Source: Candidatus Pelethenecus sp. (GTDB lineage Bacteria; Bacillota_I; Bacilli_A; Acholeplasmatales; Anaeroplasmataceae). Taken from it: a stretch of DNA of 64,000 nt. The DNA is taken from assembly GCA_045121295.1 (NCBI GenBank), contig JBGVFV010000117.1:5349-69348 (forward strand), read 5' to 3'. Of the stretch, positions 1 to 10,646 are shown piece after piece. Position 1 is the stretch's first letter; the number at the start of each line of letters is the position of its first letter. The notes below the pieces were generated by a model. The model was not told the DNA's origin. It did no database searches and saw nothing but the letters and a program-made list of their open reading frames with translations. The position numbers and the translations under genes are program-made.

Positions 1-759
1 ACAACCAACAATTGTATTCATATTATAATCATTCAATCTGCTTCCAAAAATACCTACCGCATTACTATATTCCTTAAATGCACCTATAAAACCTGTAATG
101 GTTAAATAAGCTATCATAGGAGAAATCATAGGTACTGTAATTTTAAAGAATATTCTACGTTTGCTACTTCCATCAACTTTTGCAGCATTGTATAATTCTT
201 TATTAACATTTTGAAGTGCCCCTACAAATATTAATATTTTAAATGGCATTACATTCCATATAATATAAAGACATAATACAAACATCTTACTCCATTGTTC
301 ACCATTAAGCCAATCTATAGCATTAATCCCAAACCAACTTAAAACCGTATTTACCAAACCAATAGTATCGGGTGTTAAGTCAAACATAATCATAAATACT
401 AAACCAACGGCTAACGCATTAGTAACATATGGTAAGAAAAATATGGTTTGAAAAATTGCTCTTAAAGGTTTAATCGCATTTAAAGCAACAGCAACTAATA
501 GCGACAACACTGTCGATATAGGAACAGTTACTATAACTAAAATAAATGTATTTTTTAATGCCTGAATAAATTTATAATCATTAAAAATATAAACATAATT
601 TTCAAAACCAATGCCTGTATACATTTGAGTAGTAAATTTAAAGTTTTCTTCAAATGAGTAAATAAATACATCTATTAAAGGATAAACCATAAATGCACCA
701 ACAAAAAGTAATGAAGGTAATAAATAAAGCCAAGCTTTCCAATTATTCTTTTCAAGCAT
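1..759 (-). CDS. carbohydrate ABC transporter permease (MalF/UgpA type); C-terminal part cut by window edge
   Basis: Absent from the ORF track (no stop codon in window). My translation from the ATG at 759..757 gives MLEKNNWKAWLYLLPSLLFVGAFMVYPLIDV... It has several hydrophobic spans and an EAA-loop-like AAKVDGSSKRRIFFKITVPM. Confidence 0.8.
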   Translation of the reverse strand, partial: MLEKNNWKAWLYLLPSLLFVGAFMVYPLIDVFIYSFEENFKFTTQMYTGIGFENYVYIFNDYKFIQALKNTFILVIVTVPISTVLSLLVAVALNAIKPLRAIFQTIFFLPYVTNALAVGLVFMIMFDLTPDTIGLVNTVLSWFGINAIDWLNGEQWSKMFVLCLYIIWNVMPFKILIFVGALQNVNKELYNAAKVDGSSKRRIFFKITVPMISPMIAYLTITGFIGAFKEYSNAVGIFGSRLNDYNMNTIVGC

Positions 760-861
760 ATAATTCGCACTCCTTTCAAAAAGAACTCTATTATAATTAT
801 AACACCTTTTTTTATTTTATAAATAAATTAAAAATAAAAAACTCATGAAAATGCTTTAAAC

Positions 862-887
862 AAATAAAAACTCAGGGTAACCTGAGT
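862..887 (-). terminator. Rho-independent terminator after the ktr/trk operon
   Basis: Hairpin ACTCAGG-gtaa-CCTGAGT (870..887), followed on the minus strand by a T-run. It lies directly downstream of the stop at 889. Confidence 0.7.
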
Positions 888-888
888 A

Positions 889-1539
889 TTATTTTAATTT
901 ATTTAATTTAGTTTTGTCACAAATAACAATAAGTTTCATTTCTTCTGTCAAAGGTATAGATGGATCAATGTTAACTTCAACTATTTCATTAATTTTTATA
1001 GCAACAACGTTTAATGAATTTCTTTTTCTTAAATTTAGTTCAATTAAAGACTTACCAATCCATTCTTTTTTAACATCTAATTCAACTAATGAAACATTAT
1101 TAGCTAATTCAACCATATCAATAAAACCAGAACTTAAAATATTTTTAGCTAATCTTACACCTGATTCATATTCGGGGAATACTACTTTATCTGCACCAAC
1201 TTTACTTAATACCTTTTGATGGATTTCATTAGAACATTTAGCAATTACAGTTTTAACTCCTACTTCCTTACAAAGCATAACAGCCATAACACTAGCTTCT
1301 AAATTACTAGCCATAGCTATAATCGCAACATCAAAATTTTTAATTCCTAATTGTTTAAAAACTTCTATATCAGTAGCATCTGCACATTTACAAAATGGAA
1401 TATCAATAGATACAGCATTAACTAATTCTTCACTCGAATCAATAGCCAAAACATCAGCACCATTATTAACTAATTCTTTAGCTACTGCATAACCATATCT
1501 ACCTAAACCAAACACAACATATGATTTATTTAAACTCAT
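889..1539 (-). CDS. ktrA: K+ uptake peripheral subunit, single RCK domain (KtrA-like)
   Basis: 216 aa with Rossmann motif VVFGLGRYGYAVAKEL and an RCK_C-like tail. It is adjacent to a TrkH/KtrB-family membrane subunit. Confidence 0.75.
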   Translation of the reverse strand: MSLNKSYVVFGLGRYGYAVAKELVNNGADVLAIDSSEELVNAVSIDIPFCKCADATDIEVFKQLGIKNFDVAIIAMASNLEASVMAVMLCKEVGVKTVIAKCSNEIHQKVLSKVGADKVVFPEYESGVRLAKNILSSGFIDMVELANNVSLVELDVKKEWIGKSLIELNLRKRNSLNVVAIKINEIVEVNIDPSIPLTEEMKLIVICDKTKLNKLK

Positions 1540-1547
1540 AATTTCAC

Positions 1548-2936
1548 CTACCCAATCCTAATATCTTCCATAGGATATTTAATAATATTATCTACTTTCT
1601 TCTCAATATTAAACGCTACAGCAAGCGATATCGGTCCTACTCTACCTAAATACATTGTCACAATTATAATTATCTTACCAAAAGCATTTAAAGACATTGT
1701 TAAATTTCTAGACAATCCTACTGTAGCAGTTGCGCTAACAGTTTCATAAAGTAAATCTATTAATGTAACATCTTTCATAGCTATACTAAGTAATATAGTC
1801 GAAACAATAACTATTAAAAATGACATTGAAAAGATTGCTAATGCTTTTCTTGTTGTTTCTTTTTTAAGTGTTCTGTTAAAAATAACTGTTTCATTTTTGT
1901 TACGAATAGTTGATATAGCGCTAGCAATTAAAACAATAAATGTAACAGTCTTAATTCCACCAGCTGTCCCAACAGGTGATCCGCCAATAAACATTAATAT
2001 AATACAAATTATAGAACTTGTATTAGTTAAATTTTCTTGACCAATAGAAGCAAATCCTGCTGTTCTAGTAGTAATAGATTGGAATAAACTAACCTGTATT
2101 TTATCAAATATATTCAAATTACCAATTGTATTTGGATTATTATATTCAAAAATAAATATTAACAATCCTCCATTAATAATTAAAACAAAAGTTACAAATA
2201 AAACTATTTTACTATGTAATGTTAAAGATTTAAAACATTTAAACTTTTTATTTTTAAAATCCTTTAAAACTCTTATAACATCCCACCATACAATAAAGCC
2301 TAAACCACCTAATATAATCAACATACTTGTTATTATATTCACTAAAGGATTGGTAGCGTAATCCATTAAACTTACACTACCAATAATATCAATTCCAGCA
2401 TTACAAAATCCTGATATTGCTGTAAAAATTGAAATCCAAATACCCTTTACTCCAAAATCAGGAATAAATACTATCATATATAATAAAGCTCCAATTAATT
2501 CAATAATTAAAGAACCTATTATAACCTTTTGAACAAATCTTTTAATTCCGCCACTATCATTAATATTAAATGAATCTTGAATTAATTGACTATCCTTTAA
2601 ACTTATTTTTTTATGAAGAATAACTAATATTCCAGCAAATACCGTTATAACTCCTAATCCACCTATTTGGATTAATAATAATATAACTATTTGACCGAAA
2701 ATACTCCATGTATCTGCCGTTACTAATGTAACAAGCCCTGTAACACATGTGGAAGTAGTTGCTGTAAATAATGCATCTAAATATCCTACTTCTACATTAC
2801 TTTTATGACTAATAGGCAACCATAATAAAAAACTACCAATAAAAATAACTATCAAGAAACTCAATAAAATTATATGTGTAGTAGATATAGATAATCTTTT
2901 TTTCAAAATGGTCACCTTCTTTCCTATCGTTTCCAA
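1548..2936 (-). CDS. ktrB: TrkH/KtrB-family K+ transporter membrane subunit
   Basis: 462 aa polytopic protein with repeated pore-loop-like TGF/GGxG segments (TATTSTCVTGL, AGIDIIG, RTAGFAS, TVGLS). It overlaps the upstream trkH by 13 nt. Confidence 0.75.
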   Translation of the reverse strand: METIGKKVTILKKRLSISTTHIILLSFLIVIFIGSFLLWLPISHKSNVEVGYLDALFTATTSTCVTGLVTLVTADTWSIFGQIVILLLIQIGGLGVITVFAGILVILHKKISLKDSQLIQDSFNINDSGGIKRFVQKVIIGSLIIELIGALLYMIVFIPDFGVKGIWISIFTAISGFCNAGIDIIGSVSLMDYATNPLVNIITSMLIILGGLGFIVWWDVIRVLKDFKNKKFKCFKSLTLHSKIVLFVTFVLIINGGLLIFIFEYNNPNTIGNLNIFDKIQVSLFQSITTRTAGFASIGQENLTNTSSIICIILMFIGGSPVGTAGGIKTVTFIVLIASAISTIRNKNETVIFNRTLKKETTRKALAIFSMSFLIVIVSTILLSIAMKDVTLIDLLYETVSATATVGLSRNLTMSLNAFGKIIIIVTMYLGRVGPISLAVAFNIEKKVDNIIKYPMEDIRIG

Positions 2937-4378
2937 GTTTTAGGACTAAACAACAATAATATTGGGAATAATTCTAATCTTCCAGCAAGCATTTCTAAAG
3001 TTAAGATAAATTTAGAAAAACCACTAAATATAGAATATGATCCATATGGACCTACTAAACTTAACCCAGGACCAACATTACTTATACAAGCTAATGAGGC
3101 TGTAAAATTAGTAAGAACATCAAAATTATCAATTGAAATTAATAATGCACAAGTGATCAAAACACAAAAATATATAATAAAATAACTATTTACAGAATTT
3201 ATTTGTTCTTCTGGTAAAGGTTTTTTATCAATATGAACTGTTTCTATCGTTCTAGGATAAATAGATAACTTTATTTTTCTTATTGCTGATTTAACTAAAA
3301 TAATAACTCTACTTAATTTTAACCCACCAGCTGTAGAACCAGCACAAGCACCAAAAATCATTAAAAACAATAGTATTGTTTTAGATAAAGCTGGCCACAA
3401 ATCAAAATTAGTACTAGAATATCCAGTAGTTGATATAATAGATGCCACCTGGAACAGTGATGTTCTAAAGGCTTCTTCAAAGCTATTGTACATAGATAAA
3501 ATATTAATACATATAGCTGTAATACTTACAACTACAATACCTAAATAAACTTTAAATTCAGTATTCTTTAGCACTTCTTTCCCTTTTCCTATTAAAATAA
3601 AATAGAATAAAGTAAAATTAATACCAAAAATTAACATAAATATAGATACTACATATTGTGAATACATACCAAATGATTCTAAACTATCTGGGTGTACAGC
3701 AAAACCACCTGTTCCTGCTGTACCAAATGTATAGATTATACTATTAAAACATGTCATTTTTTTATCTGGACCTAACCATAATAACAAAAACTCAATTAAT
3801 GTAATACATATATATATAATATATAAAATTCTAGATGAGGCTTGCATCTTAGATACAAGTCTACCAACCTGTGGACCAGGGCTCTCTGCCCTTAATAAAT
3901 ATACTGCAGATCCTTCTTTACTTTCAGGAATAATAGCTAAAATAAACACTAATACTCCCATACCACCTATCCAATGCGTAAAACTTCTCCAAAATAAAAT
4001 ACTATGGCTAAGCTCTGTAACGTTAGTAACAACAGAAGCCCCTGTAGTAGTAAATCCTGAGGCAGACTCAAAAAACGCATCAAAAAAGCCTGGTATTTCT
4101 TTACTTATCATGAAAGGTATCGCACCAATCAAACTCATTAATAACCATGCTAACCCAACAATAACAGTTCCTTCTCTTACCTGCATTTTAAGATTAGTAG
4201 GCTTTTTAATATTTAATAAAACACCTAATACAGCTAACACAACAATTGGTATTAAAAATGCTAAAACATTTCTAATACCTTCTTGATAAATTAAACTAAC
4301 AATCAAAGGTAAAATCATTAAAGATGCCAACAAAATAGCTAATTTACCTAAAATAGTTCTAATAACAGAAAAATTCAT
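2924..4378 (-). CDS. trkH: TrkH-family K+ uptake membrane subunit
   Basis: 484 aa polytopic protein with motifs SASGFTTTGASV, TAGTGGF, STTGYSS and NVGPGL, typical of TrkH selectivity-filter repeats. Confidence 0.8.
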   Translation of the reverse strand: MNFSVIRTILGKLAILLASLMILPLIVSLIYQEGIRNVLAFLIPIVVLAVLGVLLNIKKPTNLKMQVREGTVIVGLAWLLMSLIGAIPFMISKEIPGFFDAFFESASGFTTTGASVVTNVTELSHSILFWRSFTHWIGGMGVLVFILAIIPESKEGSAVYLLRAESPGPQVGRLVSKMQASSRILYIIYICITLIEFLLLWLGPDKKMTCFNSIIYTFGTAGTGGFAVHPDSLESFGMYSQYVVSIFMLIFGINFTLFYFILIGKGKEVLKNTEFKVYLGIVVVSITAICINILSMYNSFEEAFRTSLFQVASIISTTGYSSTNFDLWPALSKTILLFLMIFGACAGSTAGGLKLSRVIILVKSAIRKIKLSIYPRTIETVHIDKKPLPEEQINSVNSYFIIYFCVLITCALLISIDNFDVLTNFTASLACISNVGPGLSLVGPYGSYSIFSGFSKFILTLEMLAGRLELFPILLLFSPKTWKR

Positions 4379-4381
4379 AGA

Positions 4382-5740
4382 TTACTCCAAAATCTCATTT
4401 AAATCTTTAAGATATTGATTAGTAGTAACAACAATAACATTATCATCTACACTAATAACATCATTACCAGAAGGAATAATTACTTCATTCTCATGTATAA
4501 TAGCTGCAATTAATATATTTTCTTTTAATTTTAAATCTCTTAAAGGTATATTTATTAAACGTTTGTTTTCTTTAGCTTTAAACTCTAAAGCTTCTACTTT
4601 ATTATTAACAAGCTTATATAAAGTTCTAACATTACTACCACGAGTATTATTAATAGCTCTAATATAACTTAAAATTCTTGATGTTGTAACTTCTTTTGTT
4701 GAAACAACACTAGCCAAATCAATATGATCCATTAATCCTATTAAAGATTTTCTATTAACTTTAGTTATTATCTTTTTAACATCACATTGATTTGCATACA
4801 TTGAAAGAATAATATTTTCTTCATCACGATTCGTTAAAGCGACAACAGCATCCATATCATTGATACCTTCTTCAATTAATAAATCTTGATCAGTTCCATC
4901 ACCGTGAATAATATTTGCATTAGGTAATAATTCACTTAACTCAAGGCATCTATTTTTGTTAACTTCAACAATTTTAACATTAAATTTACCTTTTTCTAGT
5001 TCTTTACCTAAATAAGCACTAATTTTTCCACCACCAATAATTAATACATTCTTTAATCTTTTTTCTACTAAAGAAACCTTATCAATAAATTTTCTTAAAG
5101 TAGCCTTACTATTAGCAGTAACATATATTTTATCCTTTGCATTAAGAATAAAAGAACCTGTAGGAATGAAAACATCATTACCTCTTTCAACTGCACAAAC
5201 TAAGACCTTAATTTGATATTTTTGATAAATAGATAATAAAGATTCACCTACTAGAGGATTATTTTCAGGAATAAATAATTCAACTAAATCAACATGACCT
5301 TTAGCAAATGTATCAACTCTTAAAGCTTCAGGGAAGTTTAGGATTTTTGTTATTTCGTTTGCTGTTTCTTTTTCTGGGTTAATAGGTAAATCAATACCTA
5401 AATCATTTTTAATAATTTTAAGTTGATTATTATATTCATAACTTCTAACACGAGCCACACTAGCCTTAGCACCCATTTTTTCACTAATTAAGCATGATAA
5501 AATATTAGTTTCATCATTAGTTGTAGTCGCAACAACTAAATCAGCCCTATCAGCACCTGCTTCTTTAAGTACATCATAACTTGCACCATTTCCACAAACG
5601 CCTAAGACATCATATGAATTAACTAATTCATCAACAGTCTCACTATCTTTATCAATTATTGTTACTTCATGGCCTTCCTTACAAATATGTTCAACAATTG
5701 TACGTCCAACCTTACCATCACCTATAACAATTATCTTCAT
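4382..5740 (-). CDS. trkA: Trk system NAD-binding subunit TrkA (tandem RCK domains)
   Basis: 452 aa with two Rossmann starts (MKIIVIGDGKVGRT and VLIIGGGKISAYLGKEL), each followed by an RCK_C-like segment. Confidence 0.85.
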   Translation of the reverse strand: MKIIVIGDGKVGRTIVEHICKEGHEVTIIDKDSETVDELVNSYDVLGVCGNGASYDVLKEAGADRADLVVATTTNDETNILSCLISEKMGAKASVARVRSYEYNNQLKIIKNDLGIDLPINPEKETANEITKILNFPEALRVDTFAKGHVDLVELFIPENNPLVGESLLSIYQKYQIKVLVCAVERGNDVFIPTGSFILNAKDKIYVTANSKATLRKFIDKVSLVEKRLKNVLIIGGGKISAYLGKELEKGKFNVKIVEVNKNRCLELSELLPNANIIHGDGTDQDLLIEEGINDMDAVVALTNRDEENIILSMYANQCDVKKIITKVNRKSLIGLMDHIDLASVVSTKEVTTSRILSYIRAINNTRGSNVRTLYKLVNNKVEALEFKAKENKRLINIPLRDLKLKENILIAAIIHENEVIIPSGNDVISVDDNVIVVTTNQYLKDLNEILE

Positions 5741-5815
5741 AGTATCACCTCGTCATTGGTTTGTATATTATTTTACCACATTTTTAAAAAAAACAATACA
5801 ATTTTAATATTTAAT

Positions 5816-5841
5816 ATTAAAAAGGAGGATTGCTCCTCCTT
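5816..5841 (-). terminator. Rho-independent terminator after msmK-like gene
   Basis: Hairpin AAGGAGG-attgct-CCTCCTT, followed on the minus strand by a T-run. It starts 4 nt after the stop at 5845. Confidence 0.7.
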
Positions 5842-5844
5842 AAA

Positions 5845-6957
5845 TTATAATCTGCTAGTTATACACTTTTCAGTTTCAACATCAAATAAATGACATTTTT
5901 CCATATCAAATGCTAATTTAATTGATTGACCCATTCTTAAATCATTACGTGGTTTAACTACTGCACAAACATTATATCCACTTACTTGTGTATAAATGTT
6001 TGTAGATGCACCTAATAATTCTGCTACATCAACTTTAACTTCTAATACTGAACCATATTTTTCAAATAATTCAACATCATCAGTAATATGTTCAGGTCTA
6101 ATACCTAAAATAATTTCTTTTCCAATTAAACCTGCTTCTTTAGCTTTTGATAATTGATATTCTGGAATATTTAAATCTGCATCTTTAGCCTTTGCAGTAA
6201 ATACACCATTTTCATCAATTTTACCATTAATGAAGTTCATTGGTGGAGTTCCGATGAAACCTGCAACGAATGCATTTGCTGGATTATCATAAATTTCTTT
6301 TGGTTCACCAATTTGTTGAATATATCCATCTTTCATAACAACGATTCTTGATGCCATTGTCATGGCTTCAATTTGGTCATGTGTTACGTATACTGTTGTT
6401 GCATTTAAGTTTGCATGTAATTTGATGATTTCACTACGCATTGTTACACGTAATTTAGCATCTAGATTTGATAAAGGTTCATCCATTAAGAATACTTTTG
6501 CATTACGAACGATTGCTCTACCTAATGCTACACGTTGTCTTTGACCACCAGATAATGCTTTTGGTTTACGGCTTAAGTATGCTGTTAAACCTAAAATTTC
6601 AGCTGCTTCTACAACTTTACGATTAATTTCTTCTTTTGGTACACGTCTTAATTGTAAACCGAATGCCATATTATCATAAACTGTCATATGTGGATATAAC
6701 GCATATGATTGGAATACCATTGCGATATTACGATCTTTTGGAGCTACATCATTCATTAATTCTCCATCAATGTATAACTCACCTGATGAAATTTCTTCTA
6801 ACCCTGCAATCATACGTAATGTAGTTGATTTACCACATCCTGATGGACCTACGAATACAATAAATTCTTTGTCAGCAATTTTTAAGTTGAAATCAAAAAC
6901 TGCTTGTACACCATTAGGGTATACTTTATTTATGTTAATTAAATCTAAACTTGCCAT
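5845..6957 (-). CDS. msmK: sugar ABC transporter ATP-binding protein (MsmK/MalK/UgpC type)
   Basis: 370 aa with Walker A GPSGCGKST, signature LSGGQRQR, Walker B FLMDEPLSNLD and a MalK-like C-terminal regulatory domain. Confidence 0.85.
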   Translation of the reverse strand: MASLDLININKVYPNGVQAVFDFNLKIADKEFIVFVGPSGCGKSTTLRMIAGLEEISSGELYIDGELMNDVAPKDRNIAMVFQSYALYPHMTVYDNMAFGLQLRRVPKEEINRKVVEAAEILGLTAYLSRKPKALSGGQRQRVALGRAIVRNAKVFLMDEPLSNLDAKLRVTMRSEIIKLHANLNATTVYVTHDQIEAMTMASRIVVMKDGYIQQIGEPKEIYDNPANAFVAGFIGTPPMNFINGKIDENGVFTAKAKDADLNIPEYQLSKAKEAGLIGKEIILGIRPEHITDDVELFEKYGSVLEVKVDVAELLGASTNIYTQVSGYNVCAVVKPRNDLRMGQSIKLAFDMEKCHLFDVETEKCITSRL

Positions 6958-7017
6958 AATAAACCTCCTAGCACATTTAATAAATTTAATTTATATAAAT
7001 TTTTAATCGCCGTTTTG

Positions 7018-7031
7018 TTAAAACGTTTTCA
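7018..7031. promoter_or_regulatory. cre-like / LacI-family operator palindrome upstream of msmK
   Basis: TTAAAACGTTTTCA contains the perfect 10-bp palindrome AAAACGTTTT. It matches the cre consensus TGWAANCGNTNWCA at 13 of 14 positions and lies about 60-75 nt upstream of the msmK start. Confidence 0.4.
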
Positions 7032-7086
7032 ATCAATATTTTATAACCTTTTTTTCATAAAGTCAATTAAAAATAATAATTAATCT

Positions 7087-7983
7087 TTAATTATTAAATA
7101 AATAACGTTTACTAAACAATTTATCGATATTTCCTGCACCTAAAAAGCATAAAACACCATTAAAATCTTCCATTTCATTTAATGTATTATCATCATATAA
7201 TGAATACCCTAATCTATTATATATCTCGTTTACTAAACAAAAATCCTCTTTTTCTCTTACACTAGTAAATACCTTATACAGATAACATTTATCAAATAAA
7301 TCTAAAGCTTTTTTATATTCTTTTTCAAATATCTTTAATCTAGAAATAGTGTGTGGTTCAAATATGCAAACTATATTTTTGTTAGGATATTCTTCTTTTA
7401 ATGAATTAAAAACATTTATAATCTCGGTTGGATGATGAGCATAATCATTAATGACTATCATATTATTATAATTAATTCTTTCATTTCTTCTTTTAGGAAA
7501 TTTATATTCTTTTAATCTATTTTTTATCAAATAATCTTTAATACCTATCATTTTACTTATTATATAGACTCCAACGAAATTATAAGCATAATTAACCCCT
7601 TTAAAAGGTAACTCATATTTTTCATCGTTTATTATAACCTCTCCACTATCATAAGTAAAAATTATATCATTATCTTTATTCATTCCATATGTAATAATGT
7701 GTTTATCTCTATAAGAAATAACATCTCCATTTATTACACATACTTTACAATTATTCATATATTTAATAAATGACACTAAATAATCATTATAATTTTTAAA
7801 ATAATCAGGGTGATCATAATCTATATTTAGCACTAATCCAAAGTCTGGTTTATAATTCAAAAAGGTATCTTTATATTCACAAGCCTCTAATATAAAATAT
7901 CCGTTTTTTCCTATATCAGATTTCCCATCTCCTATTAGATATGTAGAACCCAACATTATATCTTTTAACATACTAGAAGTCAT
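7087..7983 (-). pseudogene. murC: murC (UDP-N-acetylmuramate--L-alanine ligase) 3' portion, separated from its 5' portion by the inserted element
   Basis: The ORF starts MTSSMLKDIM and carries Mur-ligase central and C-terminal motifs (EACEYKDTF, NIDYDHPDYF, NDYAHHPTEI). The upstream in-frame codons read GKT, then run into element sequence and a stop. Confidence 0.85.
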
Positions 7984-7984
7984 G

Positions 7985-8011
7985 GTTTTACCTAAAAGAA
8001 GATTAATAGGG
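7985..8011. other. attL-type junction (murC half-site + element arm)
   Basis: GTTTTACC followed by TAAAAGAAGATTAATAGGG. That arm is the near-reverse-complement of the arm at 52577..52589. Confidence 0.75.
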
Positions 8012-8080
8012 AAAAATACCTAAATTAATCTCATTTATATATATAATAATATAAAACAAGATTAAAGGGGAAAAGAAAAA
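8006..8080. repeat. element-terminus repeat, copy 1
   Basis: ATAGGGAAAAATACCTAAATTAATCTCATTTATATATATAATAATA... recurs in direct orientation at 10644. The first ~46 nt differ by 1 indel and 1 substitution, and looser similarity runs for ~70 nt. Confidence 0.85.
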
Positions 8081-8115
8081 CATCCAATTAAGGATGCCTT
8101 CATCATTTCAGTTAT

Positions 8116-8946
8116 TTATAATAAAGTAAATATAAATAATCCTAAACCAAAAGATAGAGCATTAGCTAATAAAGGATAAAGTATTATTGTCCAACGTTTC
8201 TTTTCTTTTAGGAATATTTGATATACTGCAAATTCAATTATTAATATAATGAATTCTAAAGCAAATAATAGGAATATCGCATTTAATATACCTGAGTTAT
8301 ATAATGATATATTAATTATAACATTTAAGAATATTTGTGTTACTAAGTTTGTAATTAATACCACATTGAAATTACGTTTAGTGTATAGTCTAAATAGGAA
8401 GAATAATCCTAATTCTATTGCTAGTGTAAGTATTATTCTTATTATAAGGTTAAGTATTTCACTAAAATAATTATATGTTTTAGTTATAGTGATATCTTCA
8501 GGTGTTGTAACTGTTCCTGTAGAAAAGTCTATTTCATAATAAGTTGCGTATGCATACATTTCTAAAGCTTCAGTTGCAATTAAGAATTGATCATTTTTAT
8601 ATATTACAATTTTATATACTTCTGGGCAATAATAAGTAAATCTTATTTCTGATTCACCATTACATTTATAATATTCAGTGATCCATTTGAATCCTTCATC
8701 ATCTTTATATTCCATGATTGGATTATATTTAACATAATCTATTTCATATTCTTGCCAACGTTCATAATCATAGTTTGGCCCCCATGCTTCTTTAGCGGCA
8801 AAACATGCAACATATTCTCCTTCTATTCCTTTGATGGTAATATATGAAGCAGGTTTTGGTCCCATATCAGCTGAAACTGTTGTTGTACCAACTGAAAAGA
8901 TTAATAGAAATAATAATACACCTAATAATACTTTAATTTTCTTCAT
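8116..8946 (-). CDS. secreted/membrane protein of unknown function (signal peptide + polytopic C-terminal half)
   Basis: The MKKIKVLLGVLLFLLIF signal is preceded by GGGTGGTG, so the ATG at 8946 is preferred over the GTG at 8958. The C-terminal ~110 aa form several hydrophobic spans. Confidence 0.6.
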   Translation of the reverse strand: MKKIKVLLGVLLFLLIFSVGTTTVSADMGPKPASYITIKGIEGEYVACFAAKEAWGPNYDYERWQEYEIDYVKYNPIMEYKDDEGFKWITEYYKCNGESEIRFTYYCPEVYKIVIYKNDQFLIATEALEMYAYATYYEIDFSTGTVTTPEDITITKTYNYFSEILNLIIRIILTLAIELGLFFLFRLYTKRNFNVVLITNLVTQIFLNVIINISLYNSGILNAIFLLFALEFIILIIEFAVYQIFLKEKKRWTIILYPLLANALSFGLGLFIFTLL

Positions 8947-8979
8947 AAGTTTCACCACCCTTCTTAATTTTGTACTTTT

Positions 8980-10335
8980 CTAAGAATTTCTAATTATTTG
9001 TTCATAAGGATAATATTCGGATAAATCATCAGTAAGGAAATATTGTTTATACATTCTGGCTATATGTCTATCATCATCCTCAAAAAAGAATTGTAATAAT
9101 TCATCTTCATTAGTTTCTAGATTAACTCTATAAAAATAATATGCATAATTTTCCATCATCAAAGTAGGAACCCTTTCTATTTTAAAATAGTATTTCATTC
9201 CATTATAAGTATAGATATCTCGATACCTAATATTAAAAGTATATTCATAATCCTCAAGAATATTAGTACTTAAATTATAATAAACATATTCACTGGTGAA
9301 TTCAGTATAATATCTTGATAATAATGGTTTAGTAATTGTAATTTCAATAAATTCAAAACGATTATCTATTAACCGATTTATTTTGTATTCTTTTTCACTA
9401 TCAAACACATAAATTTCTTCTAGATATACACTATTTTCATTTGCTCGTACTTGATATAAAACATTATTCAAAACTAAATCTTCAAAAGTTATTTTAACAT
9501 CTTTAAATTTACCAGATTTATATTCAAAATATGTTTGATCTCCTAATACAAAAGTGTTTGGTTTTTGTTCAATATAATATATATATTTGTTATCTTCATA
9601 TTTAATTGGATTATATATTTTCTTACTCAAAAAATCATAATATAGTAAATTAACTTTCAAATATGTATTGTCATCTATTTTTTCAGATTTATATTGAACA
9701 ATAGATAAAATATCTCTTCCATCAATTTTCTCAATGTAATAATTGTTTGAAGATATTTCTAATTGTTCAAATTCAAACTCATCACAACTAGTAACATATA
9801 AATTATCCTTAGTTTTAGCAGTTAAATAATTATTATTTATTTCATACGAATCACAATCAAACTCTTCTAATTCATTAGTTATTAAGTTTAATTTTTGTAG
9901 TGAGCCATCTCCTTGAAATATTACATATGTATCCTTGATCAATAAAATTTTATTAAATGAGGATACTTCTTTTTCACATTTATATATATATTCTATTTTT
10001 TCTTCCCTTAAAGAATAAATAAGGAAAAATGAATGATATTCGCGTCTGTATGACCCAAAATATGTATAAAAAGTTAAATATGCTTTATCATTTTTAAATT
10101 TACTGTCTAATACTGTAGAAATATCATAAACTTCATCACCAAGTGTTACTTCACTTAAGTAAACTTCTTCATCTGTTAAATTAGTTTTGCATCTTAAGTT
10201 AGCATAATAAATATAATTACCATCCCATTCAACATATTCACTCTCATCTGGAATATAATCTTTTCTTTGTCTTCCACATGAGCTTAAACTTATTACAAAA
10301 ATAAATAGAACAATTAACATTAAAAACTTCTTCAT
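8980..10335 (-). CDS. putative lipoprotein, unknown function
   Basis: MKKFLMLIVLFIFVISLSSCG gives a lipobox LSSC. The rest is a Tyr/Asn-rich, beta-strand-like sequence. The ATG at 10335 is preferred over the upstream ATG at 10347. Confidence 0.6.
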   Translation of the reverse strand: MKKFLMLIVLFIFVISLSSCGRQRKDYIPDESEYVEWDGNYIYYANLRCKTNLTDEEVYLSEVTLGDEVYDISTVLDSKFKNDKAYLTFYTYFGSYRREYHSFFLIYSLREEKIEYIYKCEKEVSSFNKILLIKDTYVIFQGDGSLQKLNLITNELEEFDCDSYEINNNYLTAKTKDNLYVTSCDEFEFEQLEISSNNYYIEKIDGRDILSIVQYKSEKIDDNTYLKVNLLYYDFLSKKIYNPIKYEDNKYIYYIEQKPNTFVLGDQTYFEYKSGKFKDVKITFEDLVLNNVLYQVRANENSVYLEEIYVFDSEKEYKINRLIDNRFEFIEITITKPLLSRYYTEFTSEYVYYNLSTNILEDYEYTFNIRYRDIYTYNGMKYYFKIERVPTLMMENYAYYFYRVNLETNEDELLQFFFEDDDRHIARMYKQYFLTDDLSEYYPYEQIIRNS

Positions 10336-10462
10336 ATGCTTCACCATCCTTTACTTCTATAAACGATTAATTATTTATTTTTTATAATAAATAGATTTCT
10401 TTTACACTATAATTATACAATAAATATATAAAAATTTATACTAGAACATTATCTCTTAACAA

Positions 10463-10491
10463 GAGAAAAACCTCCAGTATTGTACTGAAGG
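10463..10491 (-). terminator. Rho-independent terminator
   Basis: Hairpin CCTCCAGTA-ttg-TACTGAAGG with a minus-strand T-run, downstream of the remnant ORF that ends at 10503. Confidence 0.55.
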
Positions 10492-10502
10492 TCTAATTTA
10501 TG

Positions 10503-10646
10503 TTATTTTTTCTTTCTAATAGCAAGTAAATATATAATTATCCATACTGTAGTTACTGCAGACATTATCATAAATGAAGGCATACCAGCATCTAAATCTT
10601 GTAGCATTCTTTTAAATGCTAGTCTATTAAATGTTGTACCTGCATA
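10503..10646 (-). pseudogene. remnant of a large serine recombinase gene fused to an unrelated hydrophobic tail; no start codon
   Basis: 10582..10646 matches 18380..18444 (inside the recombinase at 17095..18600) at 62 of 65 nt. It encodes YAGTTFNRLAFKRMLQDLDAG, then diverges to MPSFMIMSAVTTVWIIIYLLAIRKKK*. The upstream side is replaced by the element-terminus repeat. Confidence 0.8.

Noticed and set aside
889-5740. Two K+ uptake systems (TrkAH and KtrAB-like) in one operon, considered as a possible oddity
   Set aside because: Both pairs look canonical. A tandem arrangement of paralogous K+ transporters is ordinary core-genome content.
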